Shown here: one piece after another, positions 24,701 through 39,500 of the stretch
Position numbering within the stretch: the stretch's first letter is position 1
Layout of the letters: the number at the start of each line of letters is the position of its first letter
Assembly: GCA_963514005.1 (NCBI GenBank)
Contig: OY740827.1
Coordinates: 3,348,001 to 3,412,000, forward strand
Direction: 5' to 3'
DNA from: Raja brachyura
Lineage: Eukaryota
DNA: 64,000 bases
Notes under the pieces: generated by a model
The model's database searches: none
What the model was told of the DNA's origin: nothing
What the model saw: the letters and a program-made list of their open reading frames with translations, nothing else
Translations under genes and position numbers: made by a program

Positions 24701-27700
24701 AACATGATTTCCCCTTCGCAAATCCATGCTGACTCGGAGTGATCCTGTTACTGCTATCCAAATGTGCGGCTATTTCATCTTTTAAAATTGACTCCAGCAT
24801 CTTCCCCACCACCGATGCCAGGCTAACTGGTCTATAATTCCCTGTTTTCTCTCTCCAGCCTTTCATTAAAAAGTGGGATAACATTAGCTACCTTCAAATC
24901 CACAGGAACTGATCTATGGAAAATTGGAAAATTATCACCAATGCATCCACGATTTCTCGATCCACTTCCTTAAGTACCCTGGGATGCAGACCATCAGGCC
25001 CTGGGGAATTATAAGCCTTCAGTCCCATCAGTCTACCCAACACCGTTTCCTGCCTAATGTGAAGTTGCTTCAGTTCCTCCGTCACCCCAGATCCTCTGGC
25101 CACTACTATATCAGGAAGATTGTTTGTGTCCTCCTTATTGAAGACGGATCCACAGTACCTGTTCAACTCGTCTGCCATTTCCTTTTCCCCCATAAAAAAA
25201 TCACCTTTTTCGGTCTTCAAGTGTCCTACTTTGGTCTTAACTATTGTTTTCCCCCTCACATAGCTAAAAAAGCTTTTACTACCCCCCTTTATATTCTTGG
25301 CCAGCTTACCTTCGCACCTCATCTTTTCTCCCCGTATTGTCTTTTTAGTTGTCTTCTGTTGCTCTTTAAACATTACCCAATCCTCTTGCTTCCCGCTATC
25401 TTTGCTACGTTGTACTTCTCTTTTACTTTTATACTGTCCATGACCTCCCTTGTCAGCCACGGTCGCCCCTTGGAATCTTTCTTCCTCCTAGGAATGAACG
25501 GATCCTGCTCCTTCTGTATTATTCCTAGAAATAGCTGCCATTGTTCCTCCACTGTCATCCCTGCTAGGGTATATATCCACTCAACTTTGGCCAGCTCCTC
25601 CCTCATGGCCCCATAGTCCCCTTTATTCAACTATAACACTGACACCTCCAATCTACCCTCCTCCCTCTCCAATTGTAGATTAAACATGACCTAACTACCT
25701 TCTAATGGCTCATTAACCTCGAGTAAACGTGGTTAACTCCAGAGATGCTGCCTGGCCCACTGAGTTACTCCAGCTTGTTGTGTCTATCTTCGGTTTAAAC
25801 CAGCATCTGCAGTTCCTTCCAACACATTTCGTCTGCTCCACTGCAAAATCTCCTCGTGGTATGTCTACTTTAAATAAGTTCTCCTCCTCTCTCTGACGAG
25901 AGTTAGAGCCATAGAGTGATAGTGTGGAAACAGTCCCTTCAGCCTAACTTGCCCTCACTAGCCAACATGTCCCAGATACACTAGGCCCACCTGCCCGCAT
26001 TGGCCCATTTCCCTCCAAACTTGTCATATCCATGTACCTGTTAAACAGTTTCTTAAACATTGGGATAGTCCCAGCCTCAACTACCTCCTATGGCATCTCG
26101 GTCCATACACCCACTACCCCATGTGTGAAAAAGTCACCGATCATATTCCTATTAAATCCTTTCTCCTTCATCTTGACCCTATGTCATCTAGTCCTCGATT
26201 CCCCTAATCTAGGAAAGAGACTCTGTACATCTACTCGATCTATTCCTCTCAAGATCTTTTCATCACCTCAAAAAGATCACTCCTCATCCCCCTGCGCTTC
26301 AAGGAATGGACACCCAGCCTATGCAACCTCTCCCTATAGCTCTAGTCCTGTCTACATCCTTGTAAAACGTACCTGAACACTTTCAAGCTTGACAAGGCCT
26401 TTGCTATAACATGGTGCCCAGAACTGAACACAATATTCTCCATGCGGCCATACCAATGTCTGATACAACTGCAACGTGACCTCCCATCTTCTAAACTGAA
26501 TACTCTGACTGACGATGGCCAGTGTGCCACAAAGAAGGAGAATGGGGTTAGAAAGGATAAATAGATCAGCCATGAATGGATGGCGGTGTGGGTTTGATGT
26601 GCCTAATGGTTAATTATGATCCTATCACTTATGACCTGATGAACTTGGTAGAAAACAAACCAAATCTTTCCATCCTCTTCGTTAGTGTAGTTTAGTTTAG
26701 AGATACAGCGCGGAAATGTATTGTGTTCAGTTTTTGTCCACGCCGACCAGCGATCCCCGCACACGAACACTATCCTACCCACACTGGGGACAATTTACAA
26801 ACATATGTCAAATAACCTACAAATCTGTAAGAATTTGGAGTGTGGGCAGAAACCGGAGCACCCGGAGAAAACTCACGCAGACAACACCTGCAGTCAGAAT
26901 CGAACCCGGCTCTCTGGCGCTGTGAGGCAGCAACTCTACCGTTGAACCACTGTGTGCCCCCCTTAAAACTCCTTATTGCTAATACTCTCTAAAGCAGGCA
27001 GCATTCTGCACCCTGGCCACATCCTTCCTGTAATGGGGTGGCTAGAACTGCACAAAATACTTCAAATAACTTTAACTAATCATCCTCAGAAGAGGAGAGA
27101 GGAAATATAGGAATAACTGGACTAAGCAGGACCTGTTGGGTCCCATTCCCACACGGGAGGCCTGGTCCCCGATCACAATATTGCATCTCTCCACCAATTC
27201 AAATATTCCACCACTCACGCATCGCCCCTAACTGCACAGGCGCAGCTGACGGGTTTTCCATTGTGACGACCCTCATTCCCCCTCCTCCGCTACCCCCCCC
27301 CCCCCACTCTCCACCCCTTGTACTTCCATCCCCCCACACACTCACTCCATCCCCCCCCAACCTCCTCCCCATCTGCTCATAGCAGCTCTCCGGCGGCGCA
27401 GCCATTGCGTCCCATTGCGTTCGCATTGTGATATTAAGCAGGTATTATTGAGCAGGTGCAGCTGACGGGCACGGCAAGTGGAAAATGGATTTATTAAAGC
27501 TTGAAATGTGAATAATTCTGGAAATATAACAACAATTTAAAATTTAAAAAGAAGATTTACCCAGTCCATTCTTTCTTGTTGCATCTCTTGTAGCGTTTCG
27601 CAGCCGGGGGAGGGGGTCGGCTTCCGGTGGGGGTTGTCGTGGGCCGGTGGGGGGGCCAACCTGTAGCCAGGGTGGGGCACGGCTTCAGGCAGAGCTGCTG

Positions 27701-30700
27701 GGGGCCGCTGGGGCAGTGGGGAGGGTCCTGCTGCTGGGGGAGAGGGCAGCTTCAGGCGGTGGCCAGTGGGGGACTTTCTGGAGGGCTCGTATTGGGGTTG
27801 TGGGCCGAAGGGACTGGTTTCCAGAGGGCTAATATGGACATTGTGGGCCGAATATTGGATTCACAGTTCAGTCACTCACGGCTGGTGGACTAACAGTTCA
27901 CTCGCTCACTGCGGTGGTCTCACAGTTCAGTCACTCATGGCTGGTGGACTCACAGTTCACTCACTCGCGGCAGTGGACTCACAGTTCACTCTCCCATGGC
28001 TGGTGGACTCACAGTTCCCTCACTCACGGCTGGTGGACACAGTTCACTCACTCACGGCGGTGGACTCAGTTCACTTACTAACGGCGGTGGACTCACAGTC
28101 CAATCACTCACGGCTGGTGGACTCACAGTTCACTCATTGACGGCTGGTGGATTCACAGTTCACTCATTGATGGCTGGTGGACTCACAGTTCACTCACTCA
28201 CGGCTGGTGGATTCACAGTTCACTCGCTCACGGCTGGTGGACTCACAGTTCACTCACTCGCGGCTGGTGGACTCACAGTTCACTCACTCACGGCTGGTGG
28301 ATTCACAGTTCACTCGCTCATGTCTGCTGGACTCAGTTCACTCAGTCACGACTGGTGTACTCACAGTTCACTCAGTCAATGCTGGTGGACTCACAGTTCA
28401 CTCAGTCACGGCTGGTGGACTCACAGTTCACTCAGTCATGGCTGGTGGAATCACAGTTAATTCACGCACGGCTTGTCGACTCAAAGTTCATAGCCATGGC
28501 CTGTGGACTCACAGTTCACAGCCATGGCTTGAGGACTCACAGTTCACTCAGCCACGGCTTGTGGATTGAGAGTTCACTCAGCCACGGCTTGTGGACCCCG
28601 GACTCAGGCTCGACTTCCGGACTCTAGTGCGACTTCCGGGCACCAACGGGACTTCCGGACTCAGCAAGGCTTGTTGACTCACAGTTCAGTCACTCACGGC
28701 TTGTGGACTCACAGTTCAGTCACTCACGGCTTGTGGACTCACAGTTCTGCATTCAACTCTCGCTCACGGCTTCAGGGCTGACTGATTTACACCCGGAATC
28801 TGGGACTTTATTCTCCTTGCCCCCAGAAGGGGCTTTACCTTCATGGTGATTGACAGGCGAGAAGACCAATCTGCTGATTGCTGATCACAATTTTTTAAAC
28901 CTTCATAACTTTTCTAATATTCCACCAATCGGAATAAAACTTAAAGCAGAGGAAAACGGTGAGTACGGTGGTGTAAAAATCCTTGCGATATACGGTACCG
29001 TTTTTGTGCACATTTTCAAAAAACGCAGACCGGAAGTGGTCAGCATGAGAGTTTTAGTAATAGTATAGATGTTGTCAAGCACGAAAGGGTAGAGCGAAGA
29101 TTTACGTGGATGTACCGTTTACCCGAGGGCCTGAGCTGTGGGGATAGGTTGAGCTGGCTGGGACTCTATTCCTTGGAGCGCAGGAGGATGAGGGGTATAC
29201 ATATAGAGGTGTATAAAATCATGAGGGGAATAGATCGGGTAGACGCAGAGTCTCTTGCCCAGAGTAGGTGAATCGAGGACCAGAGGACATGGGTTCAAGG
29301 TGAAGGGGAAAAGTTGTTTGGAATCTGAGGGGTAACGTTTTCATACAAAGGGTAATTGATCCACGGAACAAGCTGCCAGAGGAGGTAGTTGAGGCTGGGA
29401 CTATGCCATCATTTAGGAAACAGACAGATACATGGATAGGACAGGTTTGGAGGTTTTGGTCCAAACGTGGGCAAGTGGGTCTAATGTAGCTGGGACATGG
29501 AGATCATTGAAAGCAAGTTAAGCTGAAAGGCTTGTTCCCACGCTGGGTCACTCTCTATGACTATACTCTATGGCTCTATTACTCTATGGCTCTATGAGTA
29601 GGGAGGTGAATGGGGTTAGGAGGGAGAGATAGATCAGCCATGATTGAATGGTGGAATTGTAAAGGGCTTGGACACGCTAGAGGCAGGAAACATGTTCTCG
29701 TTGTTGGGAGAGTCCAGAACCAGGGGCCACAGTTTAAGAATGAGGAGTAAGCCATTTAGAACGGAGACGAAGAAACACTTTTTCTCACAGAGAGTGGTGA
29801 GTCTGTGGAATTTTCTGCCTCAGAGGGCGGTAGAGGCCGGTTCTCTGGATGCTTTCAAGAGTGAGCTAGATAGGGCTCTTAAAATAGCGGAGTCAGGGGT
29901 TATGGGGAGAAGACAGAAACGGGGTATTGATTGGGGATGATCAGCCATGATCACATTGAATGGCGGTGCTGGCTCTTTCAGGGCCAATTGGCCTACGCCT
30001 GCACCTATTGTCGATTGTCTAGACTTGGCCATTCAGCAATCTAATTCTGCTCCTATCACATATGACCTTATGACATTTTGAGGGACATGACACTGTGTGT
30101 CTACTCACATTCTACAGTGAGGGTCACATCCCTCTCTGCCGTCCCGTGTTCATTCTCCGCCACACTCTGATAAACCCCAGCATCCTGCCGTGTCAGCTGA
30201 GGGAACTCCATCCACAGCTCGTTGTTGGAACGTGTTGTGTTCAGCGTGACACCAAGATGTCTCCACGTCATGTTAGATGCTGGGAAACTCTGGATGGAGC
30301 AGAGGATCGCTGCAGAGTTTCCTTCCTTTACACTGACCCAGGAACTGTTTGCGTCGTCATGGAAAGTGATTGAGAGATTCCACGGAGCATCTAAAGACAA
30401 ACAAAGGTTTAAACGTGTTCGCACGGCAGAATTCCATGTGCCAACCAGGACGGGACGGAGAGAAAAGATGAAGTACGGATGTGAATAGTCTGCAGAAGAG
30501 TTTCGACTCGAAACGTCACCCATTCCTTCTCTCTAGAGATGCTACCTGACCCGTTGCGTATCTCCAGCTCGTTGTGTCTGCCCTTGGTTTAAACGAGCAC
30601 CTGTGGTTCCTTCCTACATATTTTGTCTGCTCCATTGTAAATTCTCCTCAAGACATGTCTACTTTGAAGAAGTTCTCCTCCTCTTTCTGACGAGAGTTGG

Positions 30701-33700
30701 AGTCATAGGGTGATCGTGTGGAACCTGTCCACACTGGCCATCATTTCCCAGATACACTAGTGCCATCTGCCCGCATATGGCCCATATACCTCCAATCCTG
30801 TCCTATCCATGTACTTGTCTAACTGTTTCTTAAACGCTGAGATAATCCCTACCTCCTCTGGCAGTTTGTTCCATACACCAACTATCCTTTGTATGAAAAA
30901 TTCACCCCTCAGATTCCTATTAAATCTTTTCCTCTTCACATTTAACCTATGTCCTCTGCTCCTTGATTCCACTACTCTAGGCATGAGACTCTGTGCATCT
31001 ACCCGATCTATTCCCCTCATGATCTATATGCCTCTATAAGATCACCCCTCATCCTCCTGCGCTTCAAGGAATAGAGACCCAGCGTACTCAACCTCTCCCT
31101 ATAGCTCAGACCCTCTAGTCCTGGCAGCATTATCATTAATCTTTGAACCATTTCAAGCTTGACAATATCTTTCCTATAACATGGTGCACAGACTTTACAC
31201 AATATTCTAAATGTGGTCTCGCCAACGTCTTATACAACTTCAACATGATCACCTAACTTCTATACTGAATACTCTGACTGATGAAGGCCAGTGTGTCAAA
31301 AGCCTTTTTGACCACCCGATCTTCCTGCGACTCGATCTTCAAGGAACCTTGCAGCTGCACTCCTAGACCCCACTGCTCTTCATCAGTCCCCAGAGACCTA
31401 CCATTAACTGTGTAGGTCCTGCTCTTGTTAGATATCCCAAAATCCAACATTTCACAGTTCTCGGTATTAAACTCCACCAACCATTCCTCAGCTCCTCTAT
31501 CCAATCGATCGAGGTCCTGCTGCAATCTTTCACAACAATGCAGTTCTGCCTCATCCTCTCTCCCTGCTCCCCCTCTGTGATGCCTCCTGTTCTCCGACCT
31601 TACATTCATTGTTCTTTATCTCTCGACATCATCGTCTGTATCCATTGTTTACCTTATCCCTAACCAGTCTGAAGAAGGGCCTTGACCCGAAACGTCGCCC
31701 GTTCCTTCTCTCCAGAGATGTTGCCTGTCCTGCTGAGTTAGTTCAGCTTTGTTGTGTCTATCTTCAGTACGAATGTAAGCTGGCCAATAATGTAAAAGAG
31801 GACAGCAAGTGTTTCAATGGACATATAACGAGTAAAAAATAGAGGCAAGAGAGGATGTTGGGCCGCGGGAGAATGATGCAGGAGAAATCAAGGAATGGAA
31901 GAGGAATTGAATAACTTTTTTGCATCAGTCCTCACCGTGGAGGACACCAGCAGTGTGCCTGCAATCCTAGAGAGCCAGGGGTGGAAGTTAGTGGAGTGAC
32001 GATTACTAAGGAGAAGTTACTGGGAAAACTGAAAGGTCTGAGAGTGGATAAGTCACCTGGACTGGATGGACTGCACCACCGGGTCCTGAAGGAGATAGCC
32101 TCGGAGATTGTGGAGGCATTAGTTGTGATATTTCAAGAATCACTAGAGTTAGGAGTGGTTCATGAAGATTGGAAATTTGCGAATATCGTCCCGCTGAACA
32201 AGAAAAGAGTGAAGCAGAAGAGTGGAAACTATAGGACGGTTAGCATGCTACGGTGGTTGGTAAGATTTTTGGTCAATTGTAAAGGAAGAGGTTACGCAGT
32301 ACTTAGATGTTCACGAGAAAATGGGCCGAAGTCAGCATGGTTTTGTGATCTTGCCTGATGAATCTGTTGTAGTTCTTTGTGGAAGTTAATACCAGAACAG
32401 ACAGAGGTGTGGCTGTGGATTAAAGAAAGCAGTGAAGAAGGCAAATGGCATGTTGGCCTTCATAGCGAGAGGATTTGAGAAAAGGAGCAAGGTGGTGCTA
32501 TTGCAGTTGTACAGGGCCCTGGTGAGACCGCACCTGGAGTATTGTGTGCCGTTTTGGTCACCTAATTTGAGGAAGGACATTCTTGCTATTGTGGGAGGGC
32601 AGCGTAGGTACACGAGGTTAATTCCCAGGATGGCGGGACTGACATATGATGAAATAATGGATCGACTGGGCTTGTATTCCCTGGAATTTAGAAGGATGAG
32701 AGAGGATCTTAAAGAAGCATATACAATTCTCAAGGATTTGGACAGGCTAGATGCAGGAAAAATGTTCCTGATGTTGGGGGAGTCCAGAACCAGGGCTCAC
32801 AGTTTAACAAAAAGGGGTAGGCCATTTAGGGGACTGAGATGAGGAAATACTTTACCCAGAGAGTTGTGAATCTGTGGAAATCTCTGCCACACAAGGCAGC
32901 GGAGGCCAATTCACTGGATGTTTTCAAGAGAGAGATAGATATAGCTCTTCGGGCTAACGGAATCAAGGGAAATGGGGGGAAAGCAGGAATAGGGTACTGA
33001 TTTTGGATGATCAACCATGATCATTTTGAATGGCGGTGCTGGTTGGAAGGGCCGAATGGCCTACTCCTGCACCTATTTTCTACGATTCTTTACATAGACT
33101 TTCAGAATGTCTTGAATAAGGTGCCGCACGTCAGGCTGCTGGGGCAGATGATAACCTATGGTATTAAAGGGAAGATACTGGCATGGATAGCGGATTGGCT
33201 GGATTTGCAATAAAGATTTGCAATAAAATGAGCATTTTCATGCTGCCAGCGAATAGTGAAGTTCCTCAAGGGTCGGTGCTGGGGCCGTCTCTCTTCATGT
33301 TGTATATTAATGATTTGGATAAGGGGATTGAAGGCGTTGTGGCCAGGTTTGCAGATGATACTGAGGTAGGAAGCGTAGAGAAAGCAAGGACTCTGCTGAA
33401 GGACTTGGACAGGTTGGGAGAGTGGGCAGAGAAGTAGCAGATGAAATTCATTATTGCAAAGTGTTGAGTCATGCATTTTGGTATTAAGAGTAAGGCGTAG
33501 AGTATTTTCTAAATGGAGAGAGAATCCAGAAATCGGAGATGCAAAGGGGCTTGGGAGTGCTGGTGCAGGAATCCCAAAAAGTTAATTTGCAATTTGAATG
33601 GGCAGTAAGGAAGGCAAATTCAATGCTAGCGTTTATATCAAGAGTGCTAGAATACACAAACAGGGATGTAATGCTGAGGCCCCATAAGGCGCTGGTCAGG

Positions 33701-36520
33701 CCGCATTTGGAACACTGTGAGCAAATTTGGGCCCCATATCTGAGGAAGGATGTGCTGGCTCTGGAGAGGGTCCAGAGGAGGTTTACAAGAATTATTCCAG
33801 GAATGAGTGGGATAGCATATGATGAGCGCTTGACAGCACTGGGCTTGTGCTCGCTGGAATTTAGATGGTGGGGGGTCATTGAAATTTACAGAATAATTAA
33901 AGGCACGTGCATGTTGAAAGGTTGTTTCAACTTGTGGGAGAGTCTAGCACCATAGCTTCCGAAATAAATGCCCCTCTTTTAGAAATTAGGTGAGAAGGAG
34001 CTTCTTTAGTCAGAGGGCAGTTAATCTGTGGAACTCATTGCCACAGAGGGTTTTGGAGGCCAAGTTATTGGATATTTTTAAGGCAGAGATAAACAAGTTC
34101 TTGATTAGAACAATTGTCAAGGGTTATGGGGAGAATGCAGGAAATGGCATTAGGAGGCAGAGAGCCATGATTGCATTGCGGAGTAGACTCGATGGGCCGA
34201 ATGGCCAAATTCTATTCCTATAACCTGTGATATTCTAAACTTGAACCACCTGTTTGAAGTCTAAAGGCAATCCTATATCACTTTCTCATTTGGAACAAGA
34301 TACTATAGGTACAAGGTACAAAGTGCTGCATTAACGCAGCGGGTCAGGCAGCATCTCTGGAAAAAAGAAATAGGTGGCGTTTCGCGTCAAGACCCTTCTT
34401 CAGACTGAGTCGAAGAGCGGGAAATACGAGATATCGACGGCACAAATGAAAGATATGTTAAAGCAACGATGATCAATAAAGATGTCGAGCCCACAATGGT
34501 CCATAACGAGTAGGTGATAACGAGTTATACAGGAAATGAAACTCAAGAGGACAACAGTAAATAAACGATCCTTGTCACCTACCTTGTTCTCCAGGATTGG
34601 AGGCATGAGCTACAGGGAGATGTTGGGGCAGGCTGGGACTCTATTCCTTGGAGGGCAGGCGGATGAGGGGTGATCTTATAGAGGTGATCAAAATTATTGG
34701 TAGGAATTAATCGGGTGGACGCAAAAAGTCTCTTGCCCAGAGCAGGGGAATCGAGGACCAGAGGACTTAGGTTTAAGAGGAGAGGAGAGAAGATTTAATG
34801 GAGCCTGAGGGGTAACATTTTTCCACACAAAGGGTGGTGGGTGTATGGAACAAGCTGCCGGAGGAGGTAGTTGAGGTTGGAGGGATATCGGCCAAACGCA
34901 GGCATGTGGGACTAGTGTAGATGGGGCATGTTGGCTGGTTGACTCTATCTACACCTCACGCTGCCTTGGTAAGGCAGGCAGCATAATCAAGAACGGGTCG
35001 TTCCCCAGCCACTCCCTCTTCTCCCCTCTCCCATTGGGCAAGAGGTACAGAAGTGTGAAAATGCACACCTCCAGATTCAGGGACAGTTTCTTTCCAGCTG
35101 TTATCAGGCAACTGAACCATCCTACCGCAACCAGAGCGCAGTCCTGAATTACTATTGTGCTATCTTTGAAGGGACTTTACTGGATTTTTCTTGCACTAAA
35201 CGTGATTCCCTTTTCTTGTATGTGTACACAGTGGGTGACACTATTGTAATCAAGTAGACACAAAAAGCTGCAGCAACTCAGCGGGACAGGCAGCATCTCT
35301 GGAGATAAGGAATGGGTGACGTTTCGGTTCGAGACCTTCTTCAGACTATAGGGAGAGGTTGAGCACGCTAGGTTTAAGATGAGAGGGGAGAAGATTTAAT
35401 AGATCCTGAGGAGTAACTTTTTAGTGGTGGGTACATGGAACGGAGCTGCCGGAGGAGGGAGTTGAGGCTGGGACCATTGCAACGTTTAAAAAATAGTTGA
35501 ACAGGTAACATGGATAAGACTTGTTTGGATGGATATGGGCTGAAGTAGGGCAGGTGGGACTAGTGTAGATGGGGCTCGTTGGCTGGTGTGGGCAAGTTGG
35601 GCCGAAGGGCCTGTTTCCGCGCTGCAAGACTCTATGACTCCAAAGATGTTGCCTGCCCCACTGAGTTGCTCCAGCACTTTGTGTTTTAAGCAACGTGAGG
35701 AGTGACGATACATAGAGGGAGGCTTTGAGGGTTTCTGGGTAGAAAGACCAATATGATCCAACAATGTCAGGCAGAGGTCAGACAGGATACATACAGGTGG
35801 GGAACACAAAAGATTGTAGATGTGGGCAGCACGGTGGCGTAGTGGGTAGAGCTGCTGCCTCACAGTGCCAGAGACCCGGGTTCCATCCCGGGTTCGTGCC
35901 TGTCTGTACGGAGTTTGCAGGTTCTCCCCGTGACCTACGTGGGGTTTCTCAGAGATCTTGAGGATGTGTGTGTGTTTGAGTGAGCGCGTGTGCGTGAGAG
36001 AGAGCGTGTGGTTGTGCGATTGTATGTGAGAGAATGTGTGCGTGCGTACGTGTGTGTGTGCGTGCGCGTGTGTGCGTGTGTGCGTGCGTGTGTGTGTGCG
36101 TGGGAGGGTGAATGTGTGTGCGTGATAGATGTGTGTGAGAGGGAGAACGCGTGTGTGTGTGTGATGGTTTGTGAGAGAATGTGTGTGTGTTTGAGTGCGT
36201 GTGTGTGTGCGAGAGAGGGAGATTGTGTGGTTGTGCGATTGTATGTGAGAGAATTTGTGTGTGTTTGAGTGAATGCGTGTGTGCGTGTGTATGTGTGTGT
36301 GTGCGAGGGAGGGTGAATGTGTGTGCGTGATAGAGGGTGTGATAGAGGGTGCGACAGAGAGCATATGTGTGTGATGGTTTGTGAGAGAATGTGTGTGTGT
36401 GAGTGGGTGTGTGTGGGAGTGAGTGAGTGTGAGTGAGATAAGGAGGGCGTGCGTGTGTGTGTGATAGATGGTGTTTATGTGTGAGAGCGAGAATGTGTGT
36501 GTGATGGTTTGTGAGAGAAT

Positions 36521-36554
<34 letters not shown>

Positions 36555-39500
36555 TGGTGTTCATGTGTGCGACAGAGAGAATGTGTGTGTGAGAGAGAAG
36601 GAGAGTGAGTGTGTGAGAGCGTATGCGATGAATTCCAGTATCTCTCATGGGCCAATAATCCATCTGCCTTTATAGACAGTCAGATGACAGTGTGTGTCCA
36701 CTCACATTCTACAGTGAGGGTCACATCCCTCTCTGCTGTCCCATGTTCATTCTCCGCCACACACTGATAGACCCCGGCGTCCTGCCGTGTCAGCTGAGGG
36801 AACTCCATCCACAGCTCGTTGCTGGAACGTGTTGTGTTCAATGCGACACCGAGATGTCTCCACGTCAGGTTAGACGCTGGGAAACTCTGGACGGAGCAGA
36901 GGATCGCTGCAGAGTTTCCTTCCTTTACACTGACCCAGGAATTGTTGACTTTGTCGGGGGAAGTGGTTGAGAGATTCTGGGGAGCGTCTGCAAACAGATA
37001 AAATTCAGCAACTAGTTTTGTGGCACTTTCGGTGATCCTTGGATTGTAAAAGACTTTAGAGATACACTGCGGAAATAGGTCCTTCAGCCCACCGAGTCCG
37101 CGCCGACCATCGAACACGCGTTCACGCACTAGTTCTATGTTTAGGGAAATGAGAGATATAGATGATGGTGTAGAGAGATATAGAACAAAGAATGAAAGAT
37201 ATGCAAAATAGTAACGATGATAAAGGAAACAGGCTATTGTTCGCTGTTTGTTGGGTGAGAACGAGACGCTGTACGACTTGGGTGGGGGTGGGATGAAGAG
37301 AGAGGGAATGCAGGGTCCTGCCCAATATATGAGATCCTGTTCCTCCAATTTGCATTTAGCCTCACTCTAACAGTGCAGGACATAAAGGTCAGTGTGGGAA
37401 TGGGAAGGAGAATTAAAGTGTTTAGCAACCGGGAGATCAGGTAAGTCCTACATCTCTCTACATCATCGTCTATATCTCTCGTTCCCCTTTCCCGTGACTT
37501 TCGCTCTGAAGAACGCTCTCGACCCGAAACATCACCCATTCCTTCTCTCCAGAGATGCTGCCTGTCCCGCTGAGTTACTCCAGCTTTTGGTGTTGATTTG
37601 ATTAGTACGGGTGTCAGAGGTTATGGGGAGAAGGCAGTGCAATGGGGTTATGAGGGAGAGATAGATCAGCCATGATTGAATGGTGAAATAGACTTGATGG
37701 GCCGAATGGCCTAATTCTGCTCCTTCCACTTATGACCTTATGTACCAGCACTGCTGATAGATTATTGCTGTTCCTGCACAATAAACGATGTCCATACTTA
37801 CATTGCACAGTCATTGTGAGGATCTGCTCCGATGAGACAGTTGGGTATCTGACTCTGCAGGTGAGGTTTTGCCCGTGATGTTTGAGCACTGGGGTCAGGG
37901 ACAGAACAGAAGTATATGTCAGAGTGTCTCCCCGCTGAGTTACGCTGTGTGAGGCTGACGTTGGTTCATCAGCGGGGGTGACCCAGGTTAAGGTGGGTGC
38001 CGTTCCATCACACGTGGTGTTGAAGATGCAGGTCACGGTCACAGGCTGACCTGCCACCATTTCAGCAGGGAATATCGTGGGGTTATCTGTGAAATCTAAC
38101 ACACACAGAAACAGATACTGTTAGTTAAATATCACGAGATACATCGGTTCACATCACAATCCCAGTCCCACATGAGGAAGGATGTTTTTACAAGGTACAG
38201 AAGTGTGAAAACGCACACCTCCAGATTATCAAGGACCAGTCTCATCCCCGGCCACTCCCTCTTCTCCCCTCTTCCACCGGGCAAGAGGTACAGAAGTGTG
38301 AAACTGCACACCTCCAGATTCAGGGACAGTTTCTTCCCAGCTGTTATCAGGCAACTGAACCATTCTACCACAACCAGAGAGCGGTCTTGAACTACTATCT
38401 ACCTCATTGGTGACCTTCAGACTATCCCTGATCAGACTATGCTGGCTTAACCTTGCACTAAACGTTATTCCCTTATCATGCAGCTGTACACTGTAAACGG
38501 CTCGATTGTAATCATGTATTGTCTTTCCGCTGACTGGATAGCACGCAACAAAAGCTTTGCACTGTACCTCGGGACATGTGACAATAAAATTAACTAACTA
38601 AACTAAACTAAACTAGGATGATCCCTGAACAAGGAGGTACAATGGTCAGGGGAGGTTGAAAAGGTCGGGGATCAGGAATGTCATGATGACCTGTGATCGG
38701 GAAGATGGGGACAGAGTTCTCCACTAAGGGCAGTAAGGATAAGACAGTCATTGTTTAGTTTAGTTCAGGCTGTGTGAAGTGTAGATGGAGTCGATATTAG
38801 GAGCATATATGGGCAATGAAAACCTGGTAATAACAGTGCAAAAACTGGAGGTGTCACGATGATCCAGAAATGAACCAGAAGGATCCTGATGCTGTGGTGT
38901 GTGTGTGAATAGGGAATGTGTACAGTCCAAAGTCCGATCAAGGATAGTCCGAGGTTCACCAGTGAGGCTGATGGTAGTTCAGCACTGCTCTCTGGTTGTG
39001 GTAGGATGGTTCAGTTGCCTGATAACTGCTGGGAAGAAACTGTTGAGTGAATGAGTGAATTATCCAGAGCACTTACCAGTAACACTGAGCCGTGTTACAG
39101 GGTGGTAGTTGAAACGATTTCCCCCTCCAAATTCAACTCTGAAAAAATAAGGACCTGCATCTTGCAGCGTGACGTTGTCTATAACCAGGGAACAGTCGTT
39201 GTCTCTCAGGATTCCTGACAGCCGGGTCCGATGCTGAAACTTTGTTGATTCTAGACTGGGATCCACGGAGTGGAAGGCCACAGAATCTTCTTTGTTCTTC
39301 TCACTGTTATACCAGATTCCAGTCCGTGGTTTATTGTTCAGATGCGACGAGTGCCTGTAGTGACACGGAATCCGTGCACACAAACCATTCTGCGCTGTCA
39401 CATCTGGTGGAGTGTCCGCACTCCACTGTCCCGACACCACGGCTGAGGAGAGAAGGACCAATCTTTAGCAGTGAACACCCTGTCAGTTCACTGGACTCAC

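Noticed and set aside
35486-36655. His/Thr-rich 389-aa ORF, and similar ORFs at 59959-60949
   Set aside because: Translations of microsatellites.
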